From contig DAIQOK010000003.1 of the NCBI GenBank assembly GCA_036787895.1, positions 72,328 to 104,327 on the forward strand: a DNA stretch of 32,000 nucleotides, read 5' to 3'. The translations under genes were made by a program, and so were the position numbers. The notes below the pieces were generated by a model. It did no database searches. It was given only the letters and a program-made list of their open reading frames with translations, and had not been told where the DNA came from. The stretch's first letter is position 1, and every line of letters begins with the position of its first letter. This DNA is from Bacteroidota bacterium (GTDB taxonomy: Bacteria; Bacteroidota; Bacteroidia; UBA7662). Positions 16,071 through 24,798 of this stretch are shown in pieces.

Positions 16071-17024
16071 TTAGAAAACGGCTTTAGCTATCTGTCGGGT
16101 TGCCTCACTCCGGCCCATGGTATAAAAGTGCAGCACCGGCGATCCTTTGTCTTTCAGCTCTTTACATTGATTAATGGCCCATTCAATGCCTATTTCTTTT
16201 ACTTGCCTGTCGTCTTTGGCTTTTTCTACGGCTTCGGTTAAGGCTTCCGGAATATCGATATGAAATACTTTTGGCAAAACGGTCAGTTGTTTTTTGGTAG
16301 CAATGGGCTTGATACCCGGAATGATTGGAACATGTATACCGGCTTTACGACATTTCTCTACAAAACTGAAATAAGCTTCATTGTCAAAGAACATCTGGGT
16401 AGTAATAAATTCTGCTCCGGCATCTACTTTTTTCTTGAGCCATTGTAAATCCGATTTCATATTCGGTGCATCCTGGTGTTTTTCAGGATAACCGGCAATG
16501 CCTATGCAAAAGTCGGTATGCACGGGGTTTACCAGGTCCTCATCTTCATAATGACCTGCATTCATACGCTTAACCTGATGTAACAACTCCAGGGCATTCG
16601 CATTCCCTTCAGGTTCAGGGCTAAATACGGTTTCGTGTTTCAGATTATCGCCACGAAGCACAAGTACATTGTCGATACCCAGAAAGTGTAAATCGATTAG
16701 TGCATTTTCGGTCTCTTCCCGGTTAAATCCGCCACAAATGAGGTGAGGCACAGCATCGACCTTAAACTTATTCATGATTGCAGCACAAATAGCCACTGTT
16801 CCCGGGCGTTTACGGGTGGTAATGCGCCTGAATGTACCATCCTGCAAAGGTTTCATAATATATTCTTCCCGGTGGTAAGTAACATCTATGAAAGGCGGGT
16901 TAAACTCCATGAGGGGTTCAATGCCGGCATAAATCTGCTTAATATCCTGACCCTTAAGCGGTGGAAGTATCTCAAAAGAGAAAAGGGTGTTTTTGGCGGA
17001 TTGTATGTGATCGGTAATCTTCAT
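16071..17024 (-). CDS. metF: 5,10-methylenetetrahydrofolate reductase
   Basis: The 317-aa product begins FSFEILPPLKG...FIDVTYHREE and contains ICGGFNREETENALIDLHFLGIDNVLVLRGD and GIAGYPEKH, which are typical MetF blocks. Its ATG lies 1 nt after the metH stop. Confidence 0.9.
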   Translation of the reverse strand: MKITDHIQSAKNTLFSFEILPPLKGQDIKQIYAGIEPLMEFNPPFIDVTYHREEYIMKPLQDGTFRRITTRKRPGTVAICAAIMNKFKVDAVPHLICGGFNREETENALIDLHFLGIDNVLVLRGDNLKHETVFSPEPEGNANALELLHQVKRMNAGHYEDEDLVNPVHTDFCIGIAGYPEKHQDAPNMKSDLQWLKKKVDAGAEFITTQMFFDNEAYFSFVEKCRKAGIHVPIIPGIKPIATKKQLTVLPKVFHIDIPEALTEAVEKAKDDRQVKEIGIEWAINQCKELKDKGSPVLHFYTMGRSEATRQIAKAVF

Positions 17025-17025
17025 T

Positions 17026-20000
17026 TTAATAATTTAAAATAGGTGAAAGCCACTTTTCAGCTTCTTCAACACTAATTTCTCTGCGAACCGCATAATCTTC
17101 CACCTGGTCCTTATCAATTTTGCCTACCCCAAAATATTTGGCTTGCGGATGCGACAAATAATAACCACTTACAGCTGCAGCCGGCCACATGGCGTAATGC
17201 TCGGTGAGATGTAGTCCAATCCGGTTTTCAACATCAAGCACTTGCCAGATGGTGCCTTTATCCAAATGATCCGGACAGGCGGGATAGCCCGGAGCCGGTC
17301 GAATACCGCGGTATTTTTCATTAATCAAGTCGTCATTGCTGAGCTTCTCCTCCGGTTCGTAGGCCCAAAATTCCTTGCGCACCCTTTCGTGGAGATGTTC
17401 AGCAAAAGCTTCTGCTAGCCGGTCTGATAACGATTGTAGTAAAATGGCATTGTAATCATCGTGGGCTGCTTTCATGGCATTAACCCTTTCTTCTGCGCCA
17501 AAAATTCCCACCGCAAACAACCCAATATGATCTTGCAAGCCCGTTTCTTTCGGGGCTACAAAATCAGCCAAAGCCAGATTGGGCAGATGATCAGCCTTTT
17601 TAGCTTGTTGACGGAGGGTGAGGAAACGGGCATCACCCCCTAGCCCTCTCCAATTTACCACTATATCATCCCCCACACTAGTCGCAGGGAACAAGCCGAA
17701 AACCGCGCGGGGATCCAGCCATTTTTCGCGTAAGATGGTTTTGAGCATGGTCTGGGCATCGGCAAACAATTTGGTGGCGGCTTCGCCTATTACTTCGTCG
17801 TGGAGCAGATTAGGATATTTGCCGTGTAGCTCCCACGACTGAAAAAACGGCGTCCAATCGATGTAATCGGCTATCGTTTGGAGGGGATATTCTCGGAAGG
17901 TATGGATGCCGGGTTGAGCGGGAATAACCACATCTTCGGGTTGCCAGTCGATTTGAAAACGATTTTTACGAGCATCTGTCAAGGAGAGCATGGCTTTTTC
18001 GCGACCACGACTCAAATAACCCTCCCGCAATTTATCGTATTCGGCTTTGGTCTGGGTAGCGAAGTTTTGACTTTGTTCGGGACTCAGCAAGCTGCTCACT
18101 ACCGGCACTGAACGACTGGCATCCAATACATGAACCACGGTGCCCCCGAATACCGGTGCAATTTTTACAGCTGTATGCGCCCTCGAAGTCGTCGCACCAC
18201 CTATCAAAAGTGGCTTTTTTATGCCCAAACGCTCCATCTCGCTGGCAACGAATACCATCTCATCTAAGGAAGGAGTAATCAATCCGGATAAGCCAATGAC
18301 ATCGACCTGGTGCTCCTCGGCAGCTGCCAGAATTTTATCGCAACTCACCATAACGCCAAGATCAACAACGTCGTAATTGTTGCACTGCAATACCACACCG
18401 ACGATATTTTTACCAATATCGTGAACATCGCCTTTTACCGTTGCCATGAGGATTTTGCCTTTGGCTTGACGGTTTTGTTCGGGATTGGCCAGTTTTTCAG
18501 CTTCGAGATATGGCATGAGGTAGGCAACCGCCTTTTTCATTACCCGGGCACTTTTAACTACCTGCGGCAGGAACATTTTGCCGGCTCCAAATAAATCACC
18601 GACTACATTCATACCGGCCATCAAAGGTCCCTCGATGACTTGAAGCGGTTTATCGAATTCATGACGTGCTTCTTCTACATCCACATCGATATACTCATCT
18701 ATGCCTTTGACCAAGGCGTGGGTTAAACGGGCCTGAACAGGCGCTAATCGCCAACTTTCGTCGCGGGCTGCGGCTTCTTTACCTGGGCCTCCCTTGTACT
18801 GTTCGGCCAACTGAATCAACCGTTCGGTAGCATCAGGGCGGCGGTTGAAAAGCACGTCTTCCACATGTTCCAACAGCACTTTATCCACTTCCTCATACAC
18901 CTCAATCTGACCGGCATTGACAATACCCATGTCCATTCCAGCTTGAATGGCGTGGTATAAAAAGGCAGCATGCATGGCTTCTCTCACCTTGTCGTTGCCG
19001 CGGAAGGAGAAAGAGATGTTGCTCACACCTCCACTGACTTTGGCTCCGGGCAAATTTTCCTTGATCCAGCGGGTGGCCCGTATGAAGTCGATCGCGTAAT
19101 TATTATGTTCCTCGATACCGGTAGCGACGGTAAGTATATTGGGGTCGAAAATGATGTCTTCGGCAGGGAAACCAACTTCATTCACCAGAATATTGTAAGC
19201 ACGTTGACAGATTTCAATGCGGCGTTCGAAACTGTCGGCTTGGCCTTGTTCATCGAAAGCCATAACGATAACTGCAGCGCCATACGCACGAACCTGTTGG
19301 GCATAATAGCGGAATCGTTCTTCGCCTTCTTTCATGGAAATGGAGTTGACAATTGCCTTGCCTTGTACACACTTCAGTCCGGCTTCGATTACACTCCATT
19401 TAGAAGAATCGATCATTACAGGTACACGGGCAATATCTGGTTCTGCTGCGATTAGGTTCAAAAATCGGGTCATGGCAGCCTCTGAATCGAGCATTCCCTC
19501 GTCGAAATTAATGTCGATGACCTGTGCACCATTCTCCACCTGCTGACGAGCCACCTCAACGGCGGCATCAAAATCACCTGATTTGATTAATCGGGCGAAC
19601 ATTTTTGACCCGGTTACATTGGTCCGTTCACCTACATTCACAAAGTTGCTTTGTTTGGTAATACTCACGGGTTCGAGTCCGCTGAGATGCAAAATAGGCT
19701 CCAATAGGGGCTTTTGGCGGGGTGGATGTAATGCTGCTTCTGCTGCTATTTCCCGGATGTGATCGGGTGAAGTACCACAACAGCCTCCAATGATATTAAC
19801 GAAACTGTTGTCGAGAAAATCCTTGACATGAGCTCGCATCATGGCAGGCGATTCGTCGTATTCGCCAAAGGCATTCGGCAAACCCGCATTCGGATGGGCT
19901 GAGATGCTGTATTTACTGGCTTTGGCCAACGATTGGAGGTGCGGACGCATTTGTTTGGCACCCAAAGCGCAATTCAGTCCTATACTCAACAGCGGCAAAT

Positions 20001-20703
20001 GCGACATGGAATACAAAAAGGCCTCAACAGTTTGCCCGGATAAGGTTCGGCCGCTATTGTCGGTAATGGTACCGCTCACCATGATGGGCAAGGGCACTAA
20101 CTTGTGATCGCGAAAATATTTGTCGATGGCATATAGTGCTGCCTTGGCATTCAATGTATCGAATATGGTTTCGACCAGCAATACATCCACCCCGCCGTCA
20201 ACCAGGCCTTTTATCTGCTCATAATAGGCCTCCACCAACTCATCGAAGCTGATGCTGCGAAAGCCGGGGTTGTTGACATCCGGACTGATACTCGCTGTTT
20301 TATTGGTTGGTCCGACGGCACCGGCCACAAAACGTGGTTTGGCCGGATTGGCAGCGGTAAATTCATCCGCAATTTTTCTTGCCAGTTGGGCAGAAGCCAG
20401 GTTTAGCTCATAACTCACTGCCTCCATGCCATAATCGGCCATAGAAACACGCTGAGCGTTAAACGTATTGGTTTCAGCGATATCAGCACCGGCTTCAAAA
20501 TAAGCACGATGAATATTTTCGATGATTTGTGGCTGGGTAATCGACAGCAACTCATTGTTTCCTTTGAGGTCGGAAGGCCAGTCCTTAAAACGCTCACCGC
20601 GATAATCCGCTTCGGTGAGTTTATAGTTTTGTATCTGCGTACCCATAGCGCCGTCGAGCACGAGTATGCGTTTTTTGAGTTCCTCTTGAATTTTGTATTG
20701 CAT
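17026..20703 (-). CDS. metH: Cobalamin-dependent methionine synthase
   Basis: All modules are present: Hcy S-methyltransferase ([23 protein letters not shown]), the pterin-binding module, the B12-binding motif [11 protein letters not shown], and the AdoMet activation domain ([12 protein letters not shown]). The track start at 20715 is a TTG. The ATG at 20701-20703 (MQYKIQEEL) sits directly after the riboswitch terminator. Confidence 0.95.
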   Translation of the reverse strand: MQYKIQEELKKRILVLDGAMGTQIQNYKLTEADYRGERFKDWPSDLKGNNELLSITQPQIIENIHRAYFEAGADIAETNTFNAQRVSMADYGMEAVSYELNLASAQLARKIADEFTAANPAKPRFVAGAVGPTNKTASISPDVNNPGFRSISFDELVEAYYEQIKGLVDGGVDVLLVETIFDTLNAKAALYAIDKYFRDHKLVPLPIMVSGTITDNSGRTLSGQTVEAFLYSMSHLPLLSIGLNCALGAKQMRPHLQSLAKASKYSISAHPNAGLPNAFGEYDESPAMMRAHVKDFLDNSFVNIIGGCCGTSPDHIREIAAEAALHPPRQKPLLEPILHLSGLEPVSITKQSNFVNVGERTNVTGSKMFARLIKSGDFDAAVEVARQQVENGAQVIDINFDEGMLDSEAAMTRFLNLIAAEPDIARVPVMIDSSKWSVIEAGLKCVQGKAIVNSISMKEGEERFRYYAQQVRAYGAAVIVMAFDEQGQADSFERRIEICQRAYNILVNEVGFPAEDIIFDPNILTVATGIEEHNNYAIDFIRATRWIKENLPGAKVSGGVSNISFSFRGNDKVREAMHAAFLYHAIQAGMDMGIVNAGQIEVYEEVDKVLLEHVEDVLFNRRPDATERLIQLAEQYKGGPGKEAAARDESWRLAPVQARLTHALVKGIDEYIDVDVEEARHEFDKPLQVIEGPLMAGMNVVGDLFGAGKMFLPQVVKSARVMKKAVAYLMPYLEAEKLANPEQNRQAKGKILMATVKGDVHDIGKNIVGVVLQCNNYDVVDLGVMVSCDKILAAAEEHQVDVIGLSGLITPSLDEMVFVASEMERLGIKKPLLIGGATTSRAHTAVKIAPVFGGTVVHVLDASRSVPVVSSLLSPEQSQNFATQTKAEYDKLREGYLSRGREKAMLSLTDARKNRFQIDWQPEDVVIPAQPGIHTFREYPLQTIADYIDWTPFFQSWELHGKYPNLLHDEVIGEAATKLFADAQTMLKTILREKWLDPRAVFGLFPATSVGDDIVVNWRGLGGDARFLTLRQQAKKADHLPNLALADFVAPKETGLQDHIGLFAVGIFGAEERVNAMKAAHDDYNAILLQSLSDRLAEAFAEHLHERVRKEFWAYEPEEKLSNDDLINEKYRGIRPAPGYPACPDHLDKGTIWQVLDVENRIGLHLTEHYAMWPAAAVSGYYLSHPQAKYFGVGKIDKDQVEDYAVRREISVEEAEKWLSPILNY

Positions 20704-20729
20704 AAAAAAAGCCAAACATTTCGTTTAGC
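20704..20729 (-). terminator. Intrinsic terminator forming the expression platform of the SAM riboswitch
   Basis: The minus strand reads GCUAAAC-gaaau-GUUUGGC (7 bp, one GU) followed by UUUUUUU. It directly abuts the metH AUG. Confidence 0.6.
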
Positions 20730-20795
20730 TCATCCCCGAAGGTTCGGGTACCGACTTGCAAGTAGCACACAGCCCTTTTCAGCTGTTTCCTGCTT

Positions 20796-20922
20796 GCTCA
20801 TCTCCTGCCCCAAGTATTTGTTAGTGGCAGCGGAATTGGCACCAGACCAACGCGAGGCAAGTGTCTCTCGTTGCGGTTGCCAGGACTTCAAAGGGCCGTT
20901 CCCTCCATCCTTCTGGATAAGC
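20796..20922 (-). promoter_or_regulatory. SAM-I (S-box) riboswitch aptamer controlling metH-metF
   Basis: The minus strand reads GCUUAUCCAGAAGGAUGGAGGGAACGGCCCUUUGAAGUCCUGGCAACC...GGUGCCAAUUCCGCUGCC...GGGCAGGAGAUGAGC. This matches the S-box core blocks UUAUCnAGA, GGAGGGA, GGCCC, UGAA, GCAACC and GGUGCCAAUUCC. P1 is closed by GCUUAUC/GAUGAGC. Confidence 0.85.
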
Positions 20923-20927
20923 TGATG

Positions 20928-20959
20928 CAAAAATAGGGCAGATCTTTTGAATTCCCAAA
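20928..20959 (-). promoter_or_regulatory. Bacteroidota-type promoter (-33 TTTG, 20-nt spacer, -7 TATTTTTG) driving the riboswitch-metH-metF transcript
   Basis: On the minus strand, TTTG lies at 20956-20959 and TATTTTTG at 20928-20935. This fits TTTG-N19-21-TAnnTTTG and sits a few nt upstream of the P1 helix. Confidence 0.55.
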
Positions 20960-21167
20960 TAGCAATGGCATTAAAAACAAATCAACCTTCTTGCCTTCAA
21001 TTTTGAAGGCGTATTTTAAGTGTGCTGGGTACTTTCAAGTGAAGTTACAATAAGCAGCCTGCCTAAACTTCTAGCATTGATTTATTTTAACAAGAATGAT
21101 GTTATTGAATTTCATAATTCCAATATAAACTCTGGCCATCAAATGCCGCATTTTGGGAAAGAACGAT

Positions 21168-21896
21168 TTAGTGAGTATTGGAAGGGAATCTTTCTAAATC
21201 ACTGCTTTTTAACTTCTTAATAAAATGTCCCATTAAGATGCCATATTCCTGACCATCATATGCTTCGGCCTCACGAATACTCTTATAAATTTTTGACTTT
21301 CGTTTTAACCTTTTCTCGAATCTGTTGGAGAAGTTAAGAGCTAATTGCGCTGAAATATCCCAATCAATTGCAATGGGTTCACACAAGGCCGGCTTTTCAT
21401 GTATGTCAGTTATAAGTAAGAAGTCACCTCCCGGCTTGAGTATACGATAAATCTCCTTAAGGCTTGCCTCCAGATCATCAACATGATCTAAAGAATTAAA
21501 AGAACTTACAACGTCAAAATAATCGTTTTCGAATGGAATGGCTTCCGCACCGGCAGCTACATAGGTCATGCGGTGTTTGCCTTTACTGAGCTTTAGGTAA
21601 TCGTTAGCCAGTGGGTCTAAACCATAGGCCAAGGTTGATTTTGGCACCCATTCCAGACTCCCCCGAGGACCACAGCCGATATCAATTATTTTTTTGCCTT
21701 CATAATATTGTTGGTTCAGCCCAAAACCATCTTCAAAAACCCACTGGTAGTGGTCATTCGAAAAGCGTCTGCCTTCCATTATCCATTTAAAACGCCAGTA
21801 TTGATGTTCAAAAAAGTATTTCGCTCCCTTTTGTCCAAAAAGCAATGCTATAAGGTGGCCAATTTTATTGTAGAGAATCAGCTTTATGCCATTCAT
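21168..21896 (-). CDS. Class I SAM-dependent methyltransferase
   Basis: Motif I reads IIDIGCGPRGSL. A Methyltransf_11-like core follows (AIPFENDYFDVVSSFNSLDHVDD, LKPGGDFLL). The protein is 242 aa and the substrate is unknown. Confidence 0.75.
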   Translation of the reverse strand: MNGIKLILYNKIGHLIALLFGQKGAKYFFEHQYWRFKWIMEGRRFSNDHYQWVFEDGFGLNQQYYEGKKIIDIGCGPRGSLEWVPKSTLAYGLDPLANDYLKLSKGKHRMTYVAAGAEAIPFENDYFDVVSSFNSLDHVDDLEASLKEIYRILKPGGDFLLITDIHEKPALCEPIAIDWDISAQLALNFSNRFEKRLKRKSKIYKSIREAEAYDGQEYGILMGHFIKKLKSSDLERFPSNTH

Positions 21897-22078
21897 TTCA
21901 TCTATTCAGTTATTTTCAACGGCAATTATACCACTAAAAAGTAACTCAACATCTGTGAAAAATATATGGTTTTCCATTTTCGTTGTAATTTGAAAGACTA
22001 TTTTAAACTTCATAGCCAAAACCTAAGCCAACAAATTATCCAAAAAATCCATAGTTTGTACCTTCATTCATTCACCCC

Positions 22079-22807
22079 ATGAACCGACATCTCGACTCCT
22101 GGCACAGCCCGGCACTTAATAAGTCTATGCCCATCGTCACCTACGGGCATTATGGCTTTTCACTTTTACTTGTACCCACTGCAGCAGCCGATTATTTGGA
22201 ATACGAACGATTTCAGATGCTCGATTGCCTGAAAGAACAAATCGATGGCGGCAAAATGCGGGTATTTTCAATCGACAGTATCAACAATGAAAGCTGGCTC
22301 AACAACCAAATCCCGGCTGAATACAAGGCAGAGCGGCATGAGCAGTGGAACAACTACATCTACAACGAGGTTATTCCCTACATTCATAAAGTGAGCTCAG
22401 CCGAAACCCCCATCATTTTAGCGGGAGCTTCTTTTGGTGCCTTGCACAGTATGAATCTTTTTCTGCGCCGTCCTGATTTAATTCAAGGGGTGATTGCCAT
22501 GAGCGGCGTGTATAATTTGATGGAATACACCAAGGGTTTTTATAACGACAAAGTATATTTTAACAGTCCGGCACACTACCTACCCAATCTGGAAGATCAT
22601 AATATGCTGGAAATGATACGTGCCGGCAAAATAATACTGGCTACCGGAAGTGGTGCCTACGAAGACCCGAATGCCTCCCATGAATTCGGTGGTATTTTAA
22701 ACAGTAAAAGTATACCGCATGAGCTAAGCATTTGGGGGCAAGAATGGAAACACGACTGGCCCACCTGGCGAAAAATATTGCCTTATTTTATTAATGAAAG
22801 GTTCTAG
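22079..22807 (+). CDS. Esterase-family alpha/beta hydrolase (putative esterase)
   Basis: A 242-aa product with the GxSxG nucleophile elbow GASFGALHS and no signal peptide. Its overall pattern is that of the 'putative esterase' family. Confidence 0.65.
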   Translation: MNRHLDSWHSPALNKSMPIVTYGHYGFSLLLVPTAAADYLEYERFQMLDCLKEQIDGGKMRVFSIDSINNESWLNNQIPAEYKAERHEQWNNYIYNEVIPYIHKVSSAETPIILAGASFGALHSMNLFLRRPDLIQGVIAMSGVYNLMEYTKGFYNDKVYFNSPAHYLPNLEDHNMLEMIRAGKIILATGSGAYEDPNASHEFGGILNSKSIPHELSIWGQEWKHDWPTWRKILPYFINERF

Positions 22808-22818
22808 TAAATCAAAAT

Positions 22819-22844
22819 GGGTAGCAGAATTGCTACCCATTTTT
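22819..22844. terminator. Bidirectional intrinsic terminator between convergent genes
   Basis: GGGTAGCA-gaat-TGCTACCC is flanked by an A-run upstream and ATTTTT downstream. It can therefore terminate both the esterase gene (+) and the three-gene operon (-). Confidence 0.75.
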
Positions 22845-22857
22845 GTTGTTACATTAA

Positions 22858-24798
22858 TTAACCTTTTTCAAATACCAATTTCACCTTTTGAAAATCGGCT
22901 GCAGCATTAATCACCGCTTTAAAGGCTTCAAATTCATCTACGGGCATAAAAATATCGGTATAATATTCGTCGATTATAATTTTCAACTTGCCATTTTCGA
23001 TGGTATAATCCGATTTAAATACGCTCAGTACCTGATCAGCCCGTTTGTGCACAACATCGAATTTAAGGGCATCGGCATTTCGAATGACATAACCTTTCGG
23101 AATATCCATCCGGATTTCACGTATATATTTGCGATTATAACTGTTTTCAACCGGATAAACCCGATCAAATTCCTGATAGAGCTCTGTTTGCCGACCAATT
23201 GACTGGCCAATATTAAAGAGGAGTTTATCACCTGCTACTTCAACGAGTTCATTGGTTACGACTTCTCCTTTTAAATGAAAGCGGTTATCCAAGCCAGCAG
23301 TCGTCATTTCCTTTACGTATGGCTCCATTTTTAGTCGCGCATCAGCAATATCCGACTTCAGAATATTCTCGCAAATTTCATCCGCTTGCTCCGGCTTCAT
23401 CAATCCGAGATAAGGCACAAAATTGGCCATGCTCAATCCACCAATACCGTGGTCGATGACCAAAGTAGCCGCTTCTTTCTCCGTATCCAGTTTGATATCT
23501 ACATATAAAACATCTGTATTTTGCTCAGCCGAAAAGGTTTCAATATATTTTATCTTACCTAAACCGGTAAGCACATCACCCAATTTCACCTGACTGATAA
23601 ACAAACCATTTGTTCCGGTAAAAAGTGCATTTACATAAGGATAGCGATAGCCATAATCATCCGGCGACATTAATTTTTTGGTCTCGGGAAAATAAATGAG
23701 GTACTCATCCAATACCGACCAATGGTCAAAAGTAGGGTCAAATTTGATGGTATTTCTAGCGCTTGTAAATACCAATTCGTGTTCGATTTCCAAATTCAGA
23801 AAAAGTGCAGCAAACAAGCGGGTTACCCCTTTTGGACTGGCAGCTTTGTTTCGCACTACCTCCGTCAAATCGGTAAATGCACCTCTTTGCACAGCAATGT
23901 CATTTTTCACCTTAAGTTCCAGCCAACGAATTTGCCCTTCCTTATCGAGGCCAGAAGGCATTTTTAAATTTTTCAGGTATTTTTTAACTGCAGCTGTTTC
24001 TTGTTTGGTCATGGTATAATGGCCTTCAAAAATGCGTTGTGCAGCATCTGTCCAGGTAAATAAGCGCGACTGCCCTCTGGCGGTATTTTTGGCCAGTTTA
24101 AAATCTATACGTCCCCGATTCGGTTGGGAATACATGTATTTTTCGGCCCGGATTTTTGGAACATTATTCAGCGTCATTACAATAATATTTCGGTCATCGT
24201 AAGTCGTATCACTTCGTTCCAGGCTCAGGTTATAGGATTTACAATCATAGGTCAGGTTTTTGGGAGAAACCAGCTCAAAACGATATTTCTGCACCGGAGT
24301 ATCAAACTGCACATACGACCGATCCCAATAAGTTGGTGATTCATTCACCTGATAGATATATTCTATTACATCACCCTTTTTAACGCCGTCAATAGGGAAA
24401 TTCAACATACGGCCATTTTCACCATCTACTTCTCTCAGATTTTCTTTCGTAAAATCGGTCACTTTGCCATTACGATCGGTTGTTCTGGCTTTGATGGTGA
24501 TTATTTTTTCATCCGGATTGTAATAAAACGAAATCGTATTAAATTGATTGATACCGGCATCTGTATTTACCAAAACGCGGCGGTGCAGGGTGCGTACCAA
24601 ATCAAGATTGTTCTTTTTCTCCGGGTTATAAAAGTATTCGAGAAAGGTGTTGTTCTCTAAAATAATCGCGTTTTCGCTGGTATCACTCATAGGAGCGGCC
24701 TCTGGCTTTTTCCAGTCGTATTTTTTATAAAACGGTTCTTGTGCCTGGCTATTCAGTCCCAGAAGCAGCATTAAAATCACGAGGCTTAATTTATTCAT
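22858..24798 (-). CDS. Secreted paralog of the upstream transglutaminase-like protein (DUF3857/DUF3858-type architecture, named from memory), with the catalytic Cys position substituted
   Basis: A 646-aa product with the signal peptide MNKLSLVILMLLLGLNSQAQ. It has the same length and layout as the 638-aa neighbour. By-eye alignment places AASPKGVTRLFAALF opposite FGDCKDMSAVLFSLM. The His context FDHW is retained. Its ATG overlaps the upstream stop (ATGA). Confidence 0.6.
   Translation of the reverse strand: MNKLSLVILMLLLGLNSQAQEPFYKKYDWKKPEAAPMSDTSENAIILENNTFLEYFYNPEKKNNLDLVRTLHRRVLVNTDAGINQFNTISFYYNPDEKIITIKARTTDRNGKVTDFTKENLREVDGENGRMLNFPIDGVKKGDVIEYIYQVNESPTYWDRSYVQFDTPVQKYRFELVSPKNLTYDCKSYNLSLERSDTTYDDRNIIVMTLNNVPKIRAEKYMYSQPNRGRIDFKLAKNTARGQSRLFTWTDAAQRIFEGHYTMTKQETAAVKKYLKNLKMPSGLDKEGQIRWLELKVKNDIAVQRGAFTDLTEVVRNKAASPKGVTRLFAALFLNLEIEHELVFTSARNTIKFDPTFDHWSVLDEYLIYFPETKKLMSPDDYGYRYPYVNALFTGTNGLFISQVKLGDVLTGLGKIKYIETFSAEQNTDVLYVDIKLDTEKEAATLVIDHGIGGLSMANFVPYLGLMKPEQADEICENILKSDIADARLKMEPYVKEMTTAGLDNRFHLKGEVVTNELVEVAGDKLLFNIGQSIGRQTELYQEFDRVYPVENSYNRKYIREIRMDIPKGYVIRNADALKFDVVHKRADQVLSVFKSDYTIENGKLKIIIDEYYTDIFMPVDEFEAFKAVINAAADFQKVKLVFEKG

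Noticed and set aside
17461-20107. Multiple plus-strand ORFs of 60-161 aa inside metH (for example 18970-19455 and 18310-18594).
   Set aside because: They lie antisense to a fully intact, strongly recognisable metH reading frame. Their translations are low-complexity with no motifs. These are typical shadow ORFs.
20509-20930. A plus-strand 138-aa ORF and a minus-strand 66-aa ORF (20730-20930) covering the metH leader.
   Set aside because: The region is explained by a canonical SAM-I aptamer plus terminator. The ORF translations have no protein-like features.
20716-20940. A cobalamin riboswitch upstream of the B12-dependent methionine synthase.
   Set aside because: This was my first expectation given metH. 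However, the conserved blocks (GGAGGGA, GGCCC, GCAACC, GGUGCCAAUUCC, and the UUAUC/GAUGAG P1) are those of SAM-I. No B12-box-like element is present.
20993-21010. The hairpin GCCTTCA-attt-TGAAGGC as a terminator for the methyltransferase gene.
   Set aside because: It has a 7-bp stem but no adjacent U-tract on either strand, so the evidence is insufficient to call a terminator.
21168-21896. The methyltransferase gene as a horizontally acquired insertion, or as functionally linked to the adjacent SAM riboswitch.
   Set aside because: It looks somewhat more AT-rich by eye, but I cannot compute composition reliably here. The riboswitch has its own promoter downstream of the methyltransferase gene, so there is no evidence of coupling.
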